Positions 1-8,374 of a DNA stretch of 57,597 bases are shown here, one piece after another; positions within the stretch are counted from its first letter, which is position 1, and the number at the start of each line of letters is the position of its first letter. The position numbers and the translations under genes were made by a program. Location: positions 1 to 57,597 of IMG/VR virus record IMGVR_UViG_3300037119_000577; one strand, given 5' to 3'. The DNA comes from a virus (lineage: Duplodnaviria > Caudoviricetes). The notes beneath the pieces are model-generated. The model was given only the letters and a program-made list of their open reading frames with translations. It did no database searches and had not been told where the DNA came from.

Positions 1-62
1 AATCAATAGAAAGAGAAAATCTAGTAAAGATATTAATAGATTACGGACCGGTTATTTTTAGA

Positions 63-78
63 GGGGGGGGGGGGGGGG
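63..78 (+). repeat. G16 homopolymer in AT-rich terminal non-coding region
   Basis: 16 consecutive G at 63-78, flanked by AT-rich sequence; the length may be assembly-dependent. Confidence 0.8.
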
Positions 79-91
79 CTTAAGCCCGTAT

Positions 92-190
92 CGGCACACT
101 TATTGCAGTTAATAACTTTGGCATAGATATTAATAGTGCAACTAACGTGCCAATACTCTTAATGCCTACCTGGTTGCAATTAATATACCA
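92..190. promoter_or_regulatory. Cluster of three sigma54 (-24/-12) consensus sites
   Basis: CGGCACACTTATTGCA (92-107,+), TGGCACGTTAGTTGCA (137-152,-), TGGTATATTAATTGCA (175-190,-); all GG-N10-GC. Confidence 0.65.
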
Positions 191-244
191 ATTAACGCGA
201 CTAAGGCAAAAGTCTCACGTGTCCAAATAGACATACATGTATCC

Positions 245-274
245 TTTATAACACACCCAAAAATGGGCTGTCAA
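245..274 (-). promoter_or_regulatory. sigma70-type promoter facing the left end
   Basis: TTGACA-N18-TATAAA; spacer resembles that of the promoter at 56796. Confidence 0.6.
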
Positions 275-489
275 GTTAAATGTTTACGATCCTAATGATA
301 TCAAATGCTTACAAAAACGTCTCCTCTTCTAGTCCATCCTGGTGTTGCTGCCTAATCGCCTCGCACCGATTCAAGTCCATATAATCTGCCACGATTATTA
401 CCGCTGCCTCTGTCATTATAGCGGACACTAACGACGCGTAATTGTTAACAAAAACACCTTCCGAGTCGAACGACCGCGTAAATCGAGAC

Positions 490-921
490 TTAACGCTGGA
501 TCTCATAAACCCCTTCCGACACCTTGACGAAATACCGGCCGGTCGCGGACCGATACATTTCGCGCGGCGCCTGATTATACTGGCCGTATCGAATGCCGAC
601 GTATACGAGGCCTAGTGTATATCTAACTCGCTCGTCCTCCCTTCGGAGGGCGCGTTTGATCTGGAGGGCCGACGGCGCCTTTGTAGCGCTCGCCGGTTGC
701 GTGAGGTCATCCTGAAGTTTCGTTGCAGCGTTCATGTGGGCTCCATTGTGGCTACCATAATACTCTTCGACACTTTTCCGAAAAGCTTTAATCCTATTTT
801 CGAAATACTTAAACCATGAAATAATCACCTGTGATCTCGGTAAGTTAGCCCGCGCCCACCTGGTACTTACCTTAATCCATTTCGCCGCGCCCCGACCGGG
901 AGTTGACACGTACACCTCCAT
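490..921 (-). CDS. Hypothetical basic protein
   Basis: 143 aa ORF at the end of the left-arm gene run; no recognisable motif. Confidence 0.55.
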   Translation of the reverse strand: MEVYVSTPGRGAAKWIKVSTRWARANLPRSQVIISWFKYFENRIKAFRKSVEEYYGSHNGAHMNAATKLQDDLTQPASATKAPSALQIKRALRREDERVRYTLGLVYVGIRYGQYNQAPREMYRSATGRYFVKVSEGVYEIQR

Positions 922-971
922 AATCTAGATTTGATTAGGTTAAGTATAACCGGCAACAGGGAGGAATACCA

Positions 972-1145
972 ATGTACCCCGAAGATAAAGAAGTGTACGT
1001 GATAGACGAAAATTCCCTCGACGAAGGCGGCGAGGGTTTAGGTCAGTGGATTGTAGGTTTGATTTTCGTGGCGGCGACTCTGATCATGTCTTACGCGATC
1101 GTACTTTGGCTTTGCATCTTGGTGCCCGACGGGTGCATTATGTAA
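972..1145 (+). CDS. Small single-TM membrane protein (57 aa), opposite strand to neighbours
   Basis: Not in ORF track; GGGAGG RBS; MYPEDKEVYVIDENSLDEGGEGLGQWIVGLIFVAATLIMSYAIVLWLCILVPDGCIM; TTGACA-N17-TAGATT at 903-931. Confidence 0.65.
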   Translation: MYPEDKEVYVIDENSLDEGGEGLGQWIVGLIFVAATLIMSYAIVLWLCILVPDGCIM

Positions 1146-1389
1146 CGGAACGCCAGGATGGTCGGAAATCAATATAGACACCGATGGTTGTATAGTAAGT
1201 ATAGTGGTATACCGTCGAATATTCAATACCCTCCGGATTAAGGCCGCGGTCGCGCTTCCATTCTCCCATATGGGTAGACTGAACGAGATCGCGAACCCAA
1301 CGTCGGCGCACCCCGCGTGACCGTCCGTCCGTCGATCCTACCAGAGTTCCGTTCTTGTATACATTGTAGCCACGGATTCGTTTACTCAT
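1138..1389 (-). CDS. Hypothetical protein
   Basis: 83 aa, ATGA-coupled to the upstream RHH gene. Confidence 0.6.
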   Translation of the reverse strand: MSKRIRGYNVYKNGTLVGSTDGRSRGVRRRWVRDLVQSTHMGEWKRDRGLNPEGIEYSTVYHYTYYTTIGVYIDFRPSWRSVT

Positions 1390-1565
1390 TTCAAATACCC
1401 CTTAGATTGTAAGGCCAACTCTACCAGGTGCGCTATCAGAGCCGATGCCGTAATTCCCTCAATTCGAGAGAACTTGTCGAGAGCCTCTTTAGTTTCGGAA
1501 GAGACGCGGGCGCCGATGTATTCGTCTTGAGCAGGCTTGCGTTTGAGGTGTTTAAGGTCGATCAT
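1386..1565 (-). CDS. Ribbon-helix-helix DNA-binding protein (59 aa)
   Basis: Not in ORF track; YIGARVSSETKEALDKFSRIEGITASALIAHLVELAL fits the RHH strand-helix-G-helix pattern; ATGA overlaps on both sides. Confidence 0.7.
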   Translation of the reverse strand: MIDLKHLKRKPAQDEYIGARVSSETKEALDKFSRIEGITASALIAHLVELALQSKGYLK

Positions 1566-1918
1566 TTTAGCCTCTCGATGTACGTGTTAGCGGTCTCAAT
1601 AGACGCGAAATATCGAACTTTGATGCCGGCGTCACGGAGCTTGGTGTAGGCGCGCTTCAGTCGAAGCTTTGATGCCTTATCGTCGAAAGCAAGTACTACG
1701 ATTTGATTCGTCAGTTTATCGATGTAGTCGTCGTGCGCAACCAAATCGTTGTCCGTTAGTATAACTTTGTGGTGGCCTATACGGGCCCGGACTAGGCCAA
1801 GTTTAACATCTACCCACGTGGGACCCGTAAAGTTCAAAGCTTTGTCTGAATCCTTTGTGTTGTAGTCGACAATCATGCCGTCGTCAATAAATCGGTACAC
1901 GGGTTTGGTAAGTTGCAT
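1562..1918 (-). CDS. Hypothetical protein
   Basis: 118 aa ORF in a coupled gene run. Confidence 0.6.
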   Translation of the reverse strand: MQLTKPVYRFIDDGMIVDYNTKDSDKALNFTGPTWVDVKLGLVRARIGHHKVILTDNDLVAHDDYIDKLTNQIVVLAFDDKASKLRLKRAYTKLRDAGIKVRYFASIETANTYIERLK

Positions 1919-2445
1919 GTTAGCCCCTTTTCCGGTTTAACGTAGGTAGACGGCCCGGAAACAATTTCTCATATTGAGCCGCGATTTTAGCGGGATCGAC
2001 GCGGTACTTAGTCGCGGCTTCATCGATTAGTTGGTAGAGACTGAAACTGGAAGTCTTAGCCTCGCGATTAACTGCCATGGCGGCGGAGTTAACGATAAGA
2101 AGTGACATGTTAACCTCAGTGGTTTTTAGGGCCGTTAACAATTTGGGACGCCTTCTAAGTCCGCATCCTACCCGACTCTTATCGGTCGCAAAACTTAACG
2201 ACCTTCGACGCGGTGTCGAGACTATTATAGTCGTCGAGCGCTTCAGCGTAGGAGGTGTGAAAGCCGGTATTACTAATAATCCAGTTAGGGTCGCGTAGAT
2301 TGGCGACCGAGATAGACCCTTTGTCGCCATGAATTTCTAGTCGAACGAGATTTTGGCCGAGTACTTTGGTTTTAGCAACTTTCATTTTTTGTCCCCATTG
2401 TCGGTTTTTAGTCAGCAGGTCTGACTTACACAGCCTACCCAACTC

Positions 2446-2472
2446 TTATCGGCATCCTATCAAAAAACTTTA
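2446..2472 (-). promoter_or_regulatory. sigma28 (FliA) promoter
   Basis: TAAAGTTT-N11-GCCGATAA, exact consensus, upstream of the left-arm small genes. Confidence 0.85.
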
Positions 2473-2544
2473 GCTGAATGTATAACAAATCGTATAACAT
2501 TGTATAAACATTCATATATTATTTTATAGAGACGATAAGTAGAG

Positions 2545-2573
2545 TTGACGGGGGCCCGGAGCCAGCGTATAAA
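2545..2573 (+). promoter_or_regulatory. sigma70-type promoter with no ORF downstream
   Basis: TTGACG-N17-TATAAA. Confidence 0.55.
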
Positions 2574-2625
2574 GACCTAAGCAGCTGAGCCGACGTCAGC
2601 TACTAATGTAATGATCTGCCTCGCA

Positions 2626-2678
2626 TGCAAGACCTGCGCCAATAATTTTCCGCAAATCTGCCCGCAATATTCATGCCA
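2626..2678 (-). promoter_or_regulatory. Two tandem sigma54 consensus sites
   Basis: TGGCGCAGGTCTTGCA (2626-2641) and TGGCATGAATATTGCG (2663-2678). Confidence 0.6.
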
Positions 2679-2794
2679 ACTTTTCTATAGCCCCAAATAG
2701 ACTTTCGAAAATTCCCAAAAAGTAAAAATCCGAATTTCGACTTTTCGAGTTTCGGATCAAATATTCGGTCATTTGCTTTTGAGATTGGAGACCG

Positions 2795-3034
2795 TTAGGC
2801 GCGGCGCTTGGAAAGTTTCAAGGTCCGTAATTCTCTCAACTCGTCCAAATATATCACATCGGGGTCCCGGCGATCCCGACAAGCGCTCAGCATCTCTTGG
2901 AAATTCGCTAGTCGGCTGGGGAGATGGAGGTCGCGGGGAAACATCCGCATATATCCGTACGTTTGTTCGATGGCCTCGGTCAGATGCTTGATGCGGGTTT
3001 CGCGGATCTCATTGATAGTCTGGGTGAAGGACAT
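2795..3034 (-). CDS. Hypothetical protein
   Basis: 79 aa, last gene of the replication-arm run. Confidence 0.55.
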   Translation of the reverse strand: MSFTQTINEIRETRIKHLTEAIEQTYGYMRMFPRDLHLPSRLANFQEMLSACRDRRDPDVIYLDELRELRTLKLSKRRA

Positions 3035-3316
3035 TTACTTACCTTTCTTGAGTTTACGGCTAATCGCTAAACCGACTACGGCTACGATCGCGGATACTAG
3101 AAAGCACCCTATCAACATCGCTACCAAGTAGTCTTCTACGGAAAATCCCATTGCAGTACTCCTAGATCATCGGTTCGGCGCCCGCGACTTCGAGGTCCTC
3201 GGGATTGTCGTTACCAAGGGCCTTCTCCGCGGCGCGCTTTTTACGTTTCTTAAGCTCTTCGGCTTTACGCTTCGCTTCGAGGTACGCGGCCATCGTATCG
3301 TAGTTGGGGTCCATTT

Positions 3317-3892
3317 TTAGAATTCCTTTAGGATGCAAAGTTCGTACAGAGAGCCTTTCGCCCTTTCTACTTTAATATTAGCATGTTGGCGCAAGGAGTC
3401 AAGGACTAACCGCTCGAGACGTTCGACGCCCGCCATCGTACGGGCCTCAAATTCTAAGATCACGGAATTCTTCAGGCTTTCGTCGGTGTCCACGGTGTAC
3501 GCGGTGACGGTGTCGTACTCGGAAGCCGAAGTTTCCCACACGTAGTATGACTTACCGACGATGCCCGCGGTGGGGCCTAGTAGCGCGGTAAAGAACTTAA
3601 GGATAGTCGACGTGGGGGACGTGCAGTCGATGTCGATTTCAACGCGGTCGTCATTCGAGCCCTTGTCCTTACCTTTAACAGTGAGCTGCCGAATCCCGTC
3701 CCGCTCCCGAACACGGGCGAAGTCGGCAACGACGTTAGGGTCGCCGACGGTGAAGTATGTATCGTTCGAAGACCCGAAGCGGCGAACGTGCGACTCGGCC
3801 CGCATGATCTTGTCGATCTCCATAGTGACCCAATTAAGATCGGCACCGGTAAGGGTGAATTTTTTTTCTATCTCGCGATTTTTGAAGCCCAT
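3317..3892 (-). CDS. CYTH-domain (triphosphate tunnel) protein
   Basis: N-terminal REIEKKF (ExExK), DTYF, RVRER, LTVKG, RVEI and LEFE motifs. Confidence 0.8.
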   Translation of the reverse strand: MGFKNREIEKKFTLTGADLNWVTMEIDKIMRAESHVRRFGSSNDTYFTVGDPNVVADFARVRERDGIRQLTVKGKDKGSNDDRVEIDIDCTSPTSTILKFFTALLGPTAGIVGKSYYVWETSASEYDTVTAYTVDTDESLKNSVILEFEARTMAGVERLERLVLDSLRQHANIKVERAKGSLYELCILKEF

Positions 3893-4560
3893 ACGCGTAT
3901 CGCCTTCTGTATAGTAGGTTGACTCACGCCATATTTGGCTGCAAGATGCCTCTGTGAAACCGTACCACTCTCATATAAGGCCGCAATCTCTTTTTGCTGC
4001 GCCTCCGTCAGCCTAACCCATCTTTCCGATAAGAAATTTACGTTATCGCGTACGGCTTCTAAATGCGACCAGCGCTCACCGTGTTTTATCTTATGAATAG
4101 TAGCTTGACCTACGCCGAACATTGCTCCTATCTTTCGCTCGCTTAACACTCCGTCCCGCACTAATTTACAAATATCTATAACGTTCTCTTCGGTTAACTT
4201 AGCCGACCCGACACACACCCCTACTGCCGGTGGCGGCACTAATCCGGTGGCTCTAGAGTGCGTAATGTTCTCCATAGCCGTAGCCCATTCCAGGTTGCAT
4301 ACGCGATTGTCGCCCTTTATACCATTTTTATGGTTCACTTGCGGACGGCTTTCCGGGTTAGCCAGAAATTCTAATGCTACTAGCCTGTGGACCAACTTGT
4401 GTACTCCGCCTATTGTCACTCGGCAGTATCCTGCAGTCATATCCGGGGTAAGCAGTCGCTGAGACTGGACAGATAACACTCGCCCTGTACTACTAACTAA
4501 GTACCAGCCGTCGGTTTCGGACACCGTCCGCCACTCTTCGTCTATTAGTTTATTGAGCAT
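3868..4560 (-). CDS. NUMOD4-HNH homing endonuclease with C-terminal HTH repeats
   Basis: EEWR..YLVSSTGRV, VHRLVA..F..VNHKNGIKGDNRVCNLEW, AKLTEENV. Confidence 0.9.
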   Translation of the reverse strand: MLNKLIDEEWRTVSETDGWYLVSSTGRVLSVQSQRLLTPDMTAGYCRVTIGGVHKLVHRLVALEFLANPESRPQVNHKNGIKGDNRVCNLEWATAMENITHSRATGLVPPPAVGVCVGSAKLTEENVIDICKLVRDGVLSERKIGAMFGVGQATIHKIKHGERWSHLEAVRDNVNFLSERWVRLTEAQQKEIAALYESGTVSQRHLAAKYGVSQPTIQKAIRVWASKIAR

Positions 4561-4934
4561 AACTCGACTACTCCAGACCAAGTAGGTTTAGCCGGTCTAC
4601 CTGTTAGTAGAGTAACGGCCCTCGGACTTAGGTCAAAACCCCGCACAGAAATCCAGCGTCCGTTCATTTTGTCGTTCAAGCGTACCGACTTACACGGATA
4701 CGGGCCGGCCAACTTAATGCGAATCCACCGTCCTACCATCTTTAGTCGGTGCGGGGCCGCCATTGCTACGGACGGTATTTGGTTAGGTTTAAACACTTCT
4801 CCGGATGCCGTAACGGCGCCGGATACACAGGGCTTAGGGGTACCGACGTCAGAGCAGTTTTTCTCCCCGTATCCGTAAGTGGTGGCGGTTAGTCCGGACG
4901 CCAGGGTAATTAATAGTTCGGTTAGGATGCTCAT
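4545..4934 (-). CDS. RlpA-like double-psi beta-barrel protein (putative lytic transglycosylase)
   Basis: ATTYG, TASGEVF, VRLND, FDLSPRA motifs; hydrophobic N-terminus. Confidence 0.75.
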   Translation of the reverse strand: MSILTELLITLASGLTATTYGYGEKNCSDVGTPKPCVSGAVTASGEVFKPNQIPSVAMAAPHRLKMVGRWIRIKLAGPYPCKSVRLNDKMNGRWISVRGFDLSPRAVTLLTGRPAKPTWSGVVELCSIN

Positions 4935-5122
4935 TTGTCACCCTTCGCGCCACAGGCACACGCCCCTATCATCGAATCGTAGGACCGCACCACGCCCGGA
5001 TAGCAGACAACCCGGCAATTACGGGACATTAAGATATGCGAGTCGGGCCGCCATTGCGAGGGGTCCGTGGCGCATCCTGCTATTAATATTAAGATAGACA
5101 GCATACCTGATAATATACACAT
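4931..5122 (-). CDS. Small Cys-containing lipoprotein
   Basis: Hydrophobic leader ending in lipobox-like IAGC; ATGA-coupled to the RlpA-like gene. Confidence 0.55.
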   Translation of the reverse strand: MCILSGMLSILILIAGCATDPSQWRPDSHILMSRNCRVVCYPGVVRSYDSMIGACACGAKGDK

Positions 5123-5159
5123 AAAATCCTCATATAAGGCGGACGGGGGGTGTAGCCTA

Positions 5160-5384
5160 TCACGACCGCGACCGCGACCCCGACCACGACCCCGACCCCG
5201 ACCCCGACCGCGACCGCGACCCCGACCCCGACCCCGACCGCGACCCCGACCACGACCCCGACCCCGACCCCGACCGCGACCCCGACCACGACCCCGACCC
5301 CGACCCCGACCCCGACCACGACCCCGACCACGACCCCGACCCCGACCCCGACCGCTCCCTATATCTTTGCTTTAATCCGCGCAT
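5160..5384 (-). CDS. (Ser-X)n repeat protein, X=G/W/R (74 aa)
   Basis: GGGAGG RBS, MRGLKQRYRER then SG/SW/SR repeats. Confidence 0.65.
   Translation of the reverse strand: MRGLKQRYRERSGSGSGSWSGSWSGSGSGSGSWSGSRSGSGSGSWSGSRSGSGSGSRSRSGSGSGSWSGSRSRS
5161..5354. repeat. 6-bp tandem repeat TCG[G/T/C]GG (- strand), about 32 units
   Basis: Directly visible as ccgacc/acgacc/gcgacc units. Confidence 0.95.
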
Positions 5385-5394
5385 ACGGCCTCCC

Positions 5395-5664
5395 TCACTT
5401 GTTCGTGAATACCCCGTACGACTCAATGATCGAAGTGCGTATTCTCCACTCGTCTCCCAGTTTTTGGGCGTCCTTAAATCCTTTATCTTTAAAATCTCCC
5501 GTCTCGTATACTAAAAACGCGTTACGTAAAATGATGTCGGTACTATTAACCCCTACAAGCTCCCCATGATATATGTAATTTAGGCAGAAAAACGTTACAT
5601 TCTGCCCCAGCAAAGCTTCCATACCTTGGCCTTCGACTTCTTGAACTTGTACTAGCTTTTTCAT
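5395..5664 (-). CDS. Sm/LSm-like fold protein
   Basis: LLGQNVTFFCLNYIYHGELVGVNSTDIILRNA resembles Sm1; WRIRTSIIESY resembles Sm2. Confidence 0.55.
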   Translation of the reverse strand: MKKLVQVQEVEGQGMEALLGQNVTFFCLNYIYHGELVGVNSTDIILRNAFLVYETGDFKDKGFKDAQKLGDEWRIRTSIIESYGVFTNK

Positions 5665-5694
5665 GCTGTCTCCTAAAGTTGACTTCCACACTAC

Positions 5695-5722
5695 TCTTCG
5701 GATACCTTGCGAGCAAACTTTA
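5695..5722 (-). promoter_or_regulatory. sigma28-type promoter
   Basis: TAAAGTTT-N12-TCCGAAGA upstream of the Sm-like gene. Confidence 0.6.
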
Positions 5723-5730
5723 GAAGAAAC

Positions 5731-5916
5731 TTACAACTTCATGTAAGTACGCCACTTTCCGTCTCGGTAATCGAGCGCACCCGCCTCGATCTGTTTAAGC
5801 TGCTCCGGGGGCACGGGCTCCTCGGGACAGTCGTACGTCGCTAGGTTCCTGGAAAGTTTACATTGTTTGCAAGTCGCCACTTCCGCCGCCTCTTCCCATA
5901 TATGCATCATTTCCAT
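5731..5916 (-). CDS. Hypothetical small Cys/His protein
   Basis: H..CKQC..C pattern. Confidence 0.55.
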   Translation of the reverse strand: MEMMHIWEEAAEVATCKQCKLSRNLATYDCPEEPVPPEQLKQIEAGALDYRDGKWRTYMKL

Positions 5917-5956
5917 GCGCTCCTTTAGAAATTGCCTTAACTGGGTCGGGTATAGC

Positions 5957-6310
5957 TTATTTTACCTCCCCCTGCAACAAAGACTGAATTAGGCGCAACT
6001 TCATGTCGGGCGCGAACTCTTTGATGGCTAAAAGGGTGGCAATATTCTCTCGCAAAGTGCGCTCTCCAGTAGTGAGGATAATTTTCTTGTCCTCAATTTC
6101 CTCCCGGGCGTCCTGCCTATCGCGGGCGGCCTCGGCAGTAATCATATACCGGACCGCCATTTCTTTGATAGGAGCCTTAGTGCGAGGGGAGATATAGCCG
6201 CGGCTATTGAGTTCGGCGGCGATCCGGGAGTACTCGATCCCTTGTCTGCGGAGGCGGGTTGCGAGTTCGGCGGCTTCTTCGTGGGAGATTGCGGACTTTG
6301 CGGTGACCAT
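5957..6310 (-). CDS. HTH/recombinase-type DNA-binding protein
   Basis: RQGIEYSRIAAELNSRGY; preceded by TTGACT-N17-TAAAAG (6359-6387). Confidence 0.55.
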   Translation of the reverse strand: MVTAKSAISHEEAAELATRLRRQGIEYSRIAAELNSRGYISPRTKAPIKEMAVRYMITAEAARDRQDAREEIEDKKIILTTGERTLRENIATLLAIKEFAPDMKLRLIQSLLQGEVK

Positions 6311-6437
6311 GTTAAACCCCTTGGCTTGTGTTAAGTGTGTCGACTGCCGACATCCACTCTTTTAAAGCAAACCGCGGGCCAAGTCAAGGGTCAGTGTAAG
6401 CAGGCACTTAACCCAAGAGGGGCTGTCTAAGGATTGG

Positions 6438-6740
6438 TCAGTTGGTATAGGGGGTTACGATCAGCGAATCGATCCCGGTTAAGAGCCTATCTTTGACCGT
6501 GGAACCGTGGAAGACCGGGTCGAGATTATGAAGAATATCGTACAAGGGTAGGGGTAAATCGACCAATTGGGCGAATATAGGGGCCAAAATCGGACGAAGG
6601 TCCACCCCGTGCTGACGGGCAATTTGGTAGTGCTTTGAGGCGTCGGAGTCCCACCCCAAGAAGGACCACACGTTGTCCGCAGTGGCGTCGTCGGGGATAC
6701 GGTCCAGGATCTCTTGACGAATTTTGAGTAAGTCGGCCAT
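6438..6740 (-). CDS. Hypothetical protein
   Basis: 100 aa with GGAGG RBS. Confidence 0.6.
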   Translation of the reverse strand: MADLLKIRQEILDRIPDDATADNVWSFLGWDSDASKHYQIARQHGVDLRPILAPIFAQLVDLPLPLYDILHNLDPVFHGSTVKDRLLTGIDSLIVTPYTN

Positions 6741-6753
6741 CGGGGAGTACCTC

Positions 6754-6942
6754 CTACCACTGTTTATCGTCCGGAATGATCCAACCTTTAGGTTTCTTTT
6801 TCGGATTCAGTAACTGGGCGGTCTCGCAGCAAAATTGGGGATACATCGCCCACCGACTAGGGTTTAGCCAGATCACGCGGAGTTCTTCGGGTGTGACGTA
6901 TCGCCAAGGATTCAGGGTGTCGAATTGGTGAAGCCAGATCAT
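6754..6942 (-). CDS. CPT-motif microprotein (62 aa)
   Basis: MIWL... FCCETAQLL; ATGA-coupled to the polymerase stop. Confidence 0.75.
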   Translation of the reverse strand: MIWLHQFDTLNPWRYVTPEELRVIWLNPSRWAMYPQFCCETAQLLNPKKKPKGWIIPDDKQW

Positions 6943-7802
6943 TTAGCGTCCATCCACGTAAATCCTGAAACGAACCCGACCCTAATCTTGACTGTCCATC
7001 CGAGATCGTCGTTTAAAGATTGGACGGCGGCTTCTTTAGCGGCACGGAATTCCTCGAGGCGGTCGGTAGGCACTTCTGCCAAAATTTCGTCATGAATTAC
7101 GGTCACGAACCGACTGTAAGGCGCTAGAGCGAAAAGTTTGGCCGTCAGTATATGGATTAATCCAGACACGGAACTCTGGATCAAATAATTAAACGCCTTG
7201 CGAGGTTCGGGGGTTAGCCTATACCCAAACTCGTTTATCAATGCCCCGTCTAACTTAATCTGCCGCTCGAGACTGTCGGCCAACTCGCGAACTTTCGCAA
7301 AAAGTGCCCAATACACATTATAGAATTCCTTAGCCTCCTTAAACGACAATATGAATCCGTTTTCGTACGCAGTATTTACTAATTTGCGAGGCTGCATAGA
7401 ATAACCGAGACCGAGGCAAAGGATTTTATGCAGTTGTCTCAGGGTCTTAAGGGATTTCTTAATAATATCGTCGTCGGCTACCCACTGGTCCGCGAACGAC
7501 CCCGCAGGCCACGTCGCGTTGAACGCGGCGCGCACTTCGTCCTTACCTATCGGCGACCGGCTGGCCACCATTAAATAAATATCAGAAATCATCAACGTGT
7601 GATTACTATCGTAGTACGGCCGCTCGCCAACGCCGTCCAACGTTGCGTACCGGTACATGCGATCGCCGGAATAGTGACTAGTAACCGCAGGCTCTCCTGA
7701 AGCCAGGTCCATTGACACGATTGTATAACCTGGATCAGTCTCGATACACCGCATTAGCTCGGGGCTTTTCCTGCTGAGCCCTTGAGGATTTAATCGGGCC
7801 AC
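6939..7802 (-). CDS. polA: Family A DNA polymerase, C-terminal (palm/fingers) piece
   Basis: RLNPQGL, motif A IVSMDLASGEP, motif B RQLHKILCLGLGY, motif C VIHDEI; GGAGG-N5-GTG restart at 7802. Confidence 0.9.
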   Translation of the reverse strand: MARLNPQGLSRKSPELMRCIETDPGYTIVSMDLASGEPAVTSHYSGDRMYRYATLDGVGERPYYDSNHTLMISDIYLMVASRSPIGKDEVRAAFNATWPAGSFADQWVADDDIIKKSLKTLRQLHKILCLGLGYSMQPRKLVNTAYENGFILSFKEAKEFYNVYWALFAKVRELADSLERQIKLDGALINEFGYRLTPEPRKAFNYLIQSSVSGLIHILTAKLFALAPYSRFVTVIHDEILAEVPTDRLEEFRAAKEAAVQSLNDDLGWTVKIRVGFVSGFTWMDAK

Positions 7803-8374
7803 GAATGCCTCCGACTCATGCAACGGTCAAACCATAACTTAAATTCAGTTAATGTCAGGTCGTTTTTGGCCACATTGCATGTTCCGCAACATGCTCGTAA
7901 ATTGTTAACTAGGTATCCTGCAGTGTTATCTAATCTATCTACCCCATTAACGCGTACCGAATCCGCGACTCTACCGCCTCGATTATATGTCTTAATATTA
8001 CTACTTGCGGGTATACCGCATATATAACATGGCGACATTATCAGGTCTCGGAATTCGTCTAAGGTCACAGAAAATTCGTAATTCCGGCTCTTGGCGTTAA
8101 ATTTATAACTCCGAAAATGCTGGCGCGTGGCGGCCTCCCCATCGGGTAGCCGGCTCAGGTTCTTGCGCGGACGATTCGCCCACCGGTCTGCTTTACAGCC
8201 ACACGAGGGTAGAGGTCGATACCGAAGATACGGCCCTCTGAACACCCGCTCGGTTCCGCAATCGCATCTACCTAAGTAGTAGGGTACTTTATTTTTGGTG
8301 TGCGAAAAACTTAGTACGGTCACTAATCCGAATTTCGCGTTGATCATATCGATCCGATTGTGCGCAGCAGTCAA
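7790..8374 (-). CDS. HNH endonuclease inserted in the polymerase gene
   Basis: CDCG..SCGC, PCYICG, NGVDRLDN..GY..NN..CCGTCNVAK. Confidence 0.9.
   Translation of the reverse strand: MTAAHNRIDMINAKFGLVTVLSFSHTKNKVPYYLGRCDCGTERVFRGPYLRYRPLPSCGCKADRWANRPRKNLSRLPDGEAATRQHFRSYKFNAKSRNYEFSVTLDEFRDLIMSPCYICGIPASSNIKTYNRGGRVADSVRVNGVDRLDNTAGYLVNNLRACCGTCNVAKNDLTLTEFKLWFDRCMSRRHSWPD

Noticed and set aside
5089-5163. Tiny ORF ending YQVCCLS as a tag-family remnant
   Set aside because: Only 24 aa and lacks the T-x-x-L-F part; too weak to call.
5161-5354. CRISPR array or DGR
   Set aside because: No spacers, no reverse transcriptase, no template/variable repeat pair; it is a simple tandem repeat.
5067-5375. 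(RP)n ORF on + and (VG/VV/VA)n ORF on -
   Set aside because: Alternative frames of the hexamer repeat; only the Ser-X frame has an RBS and fits the operon.
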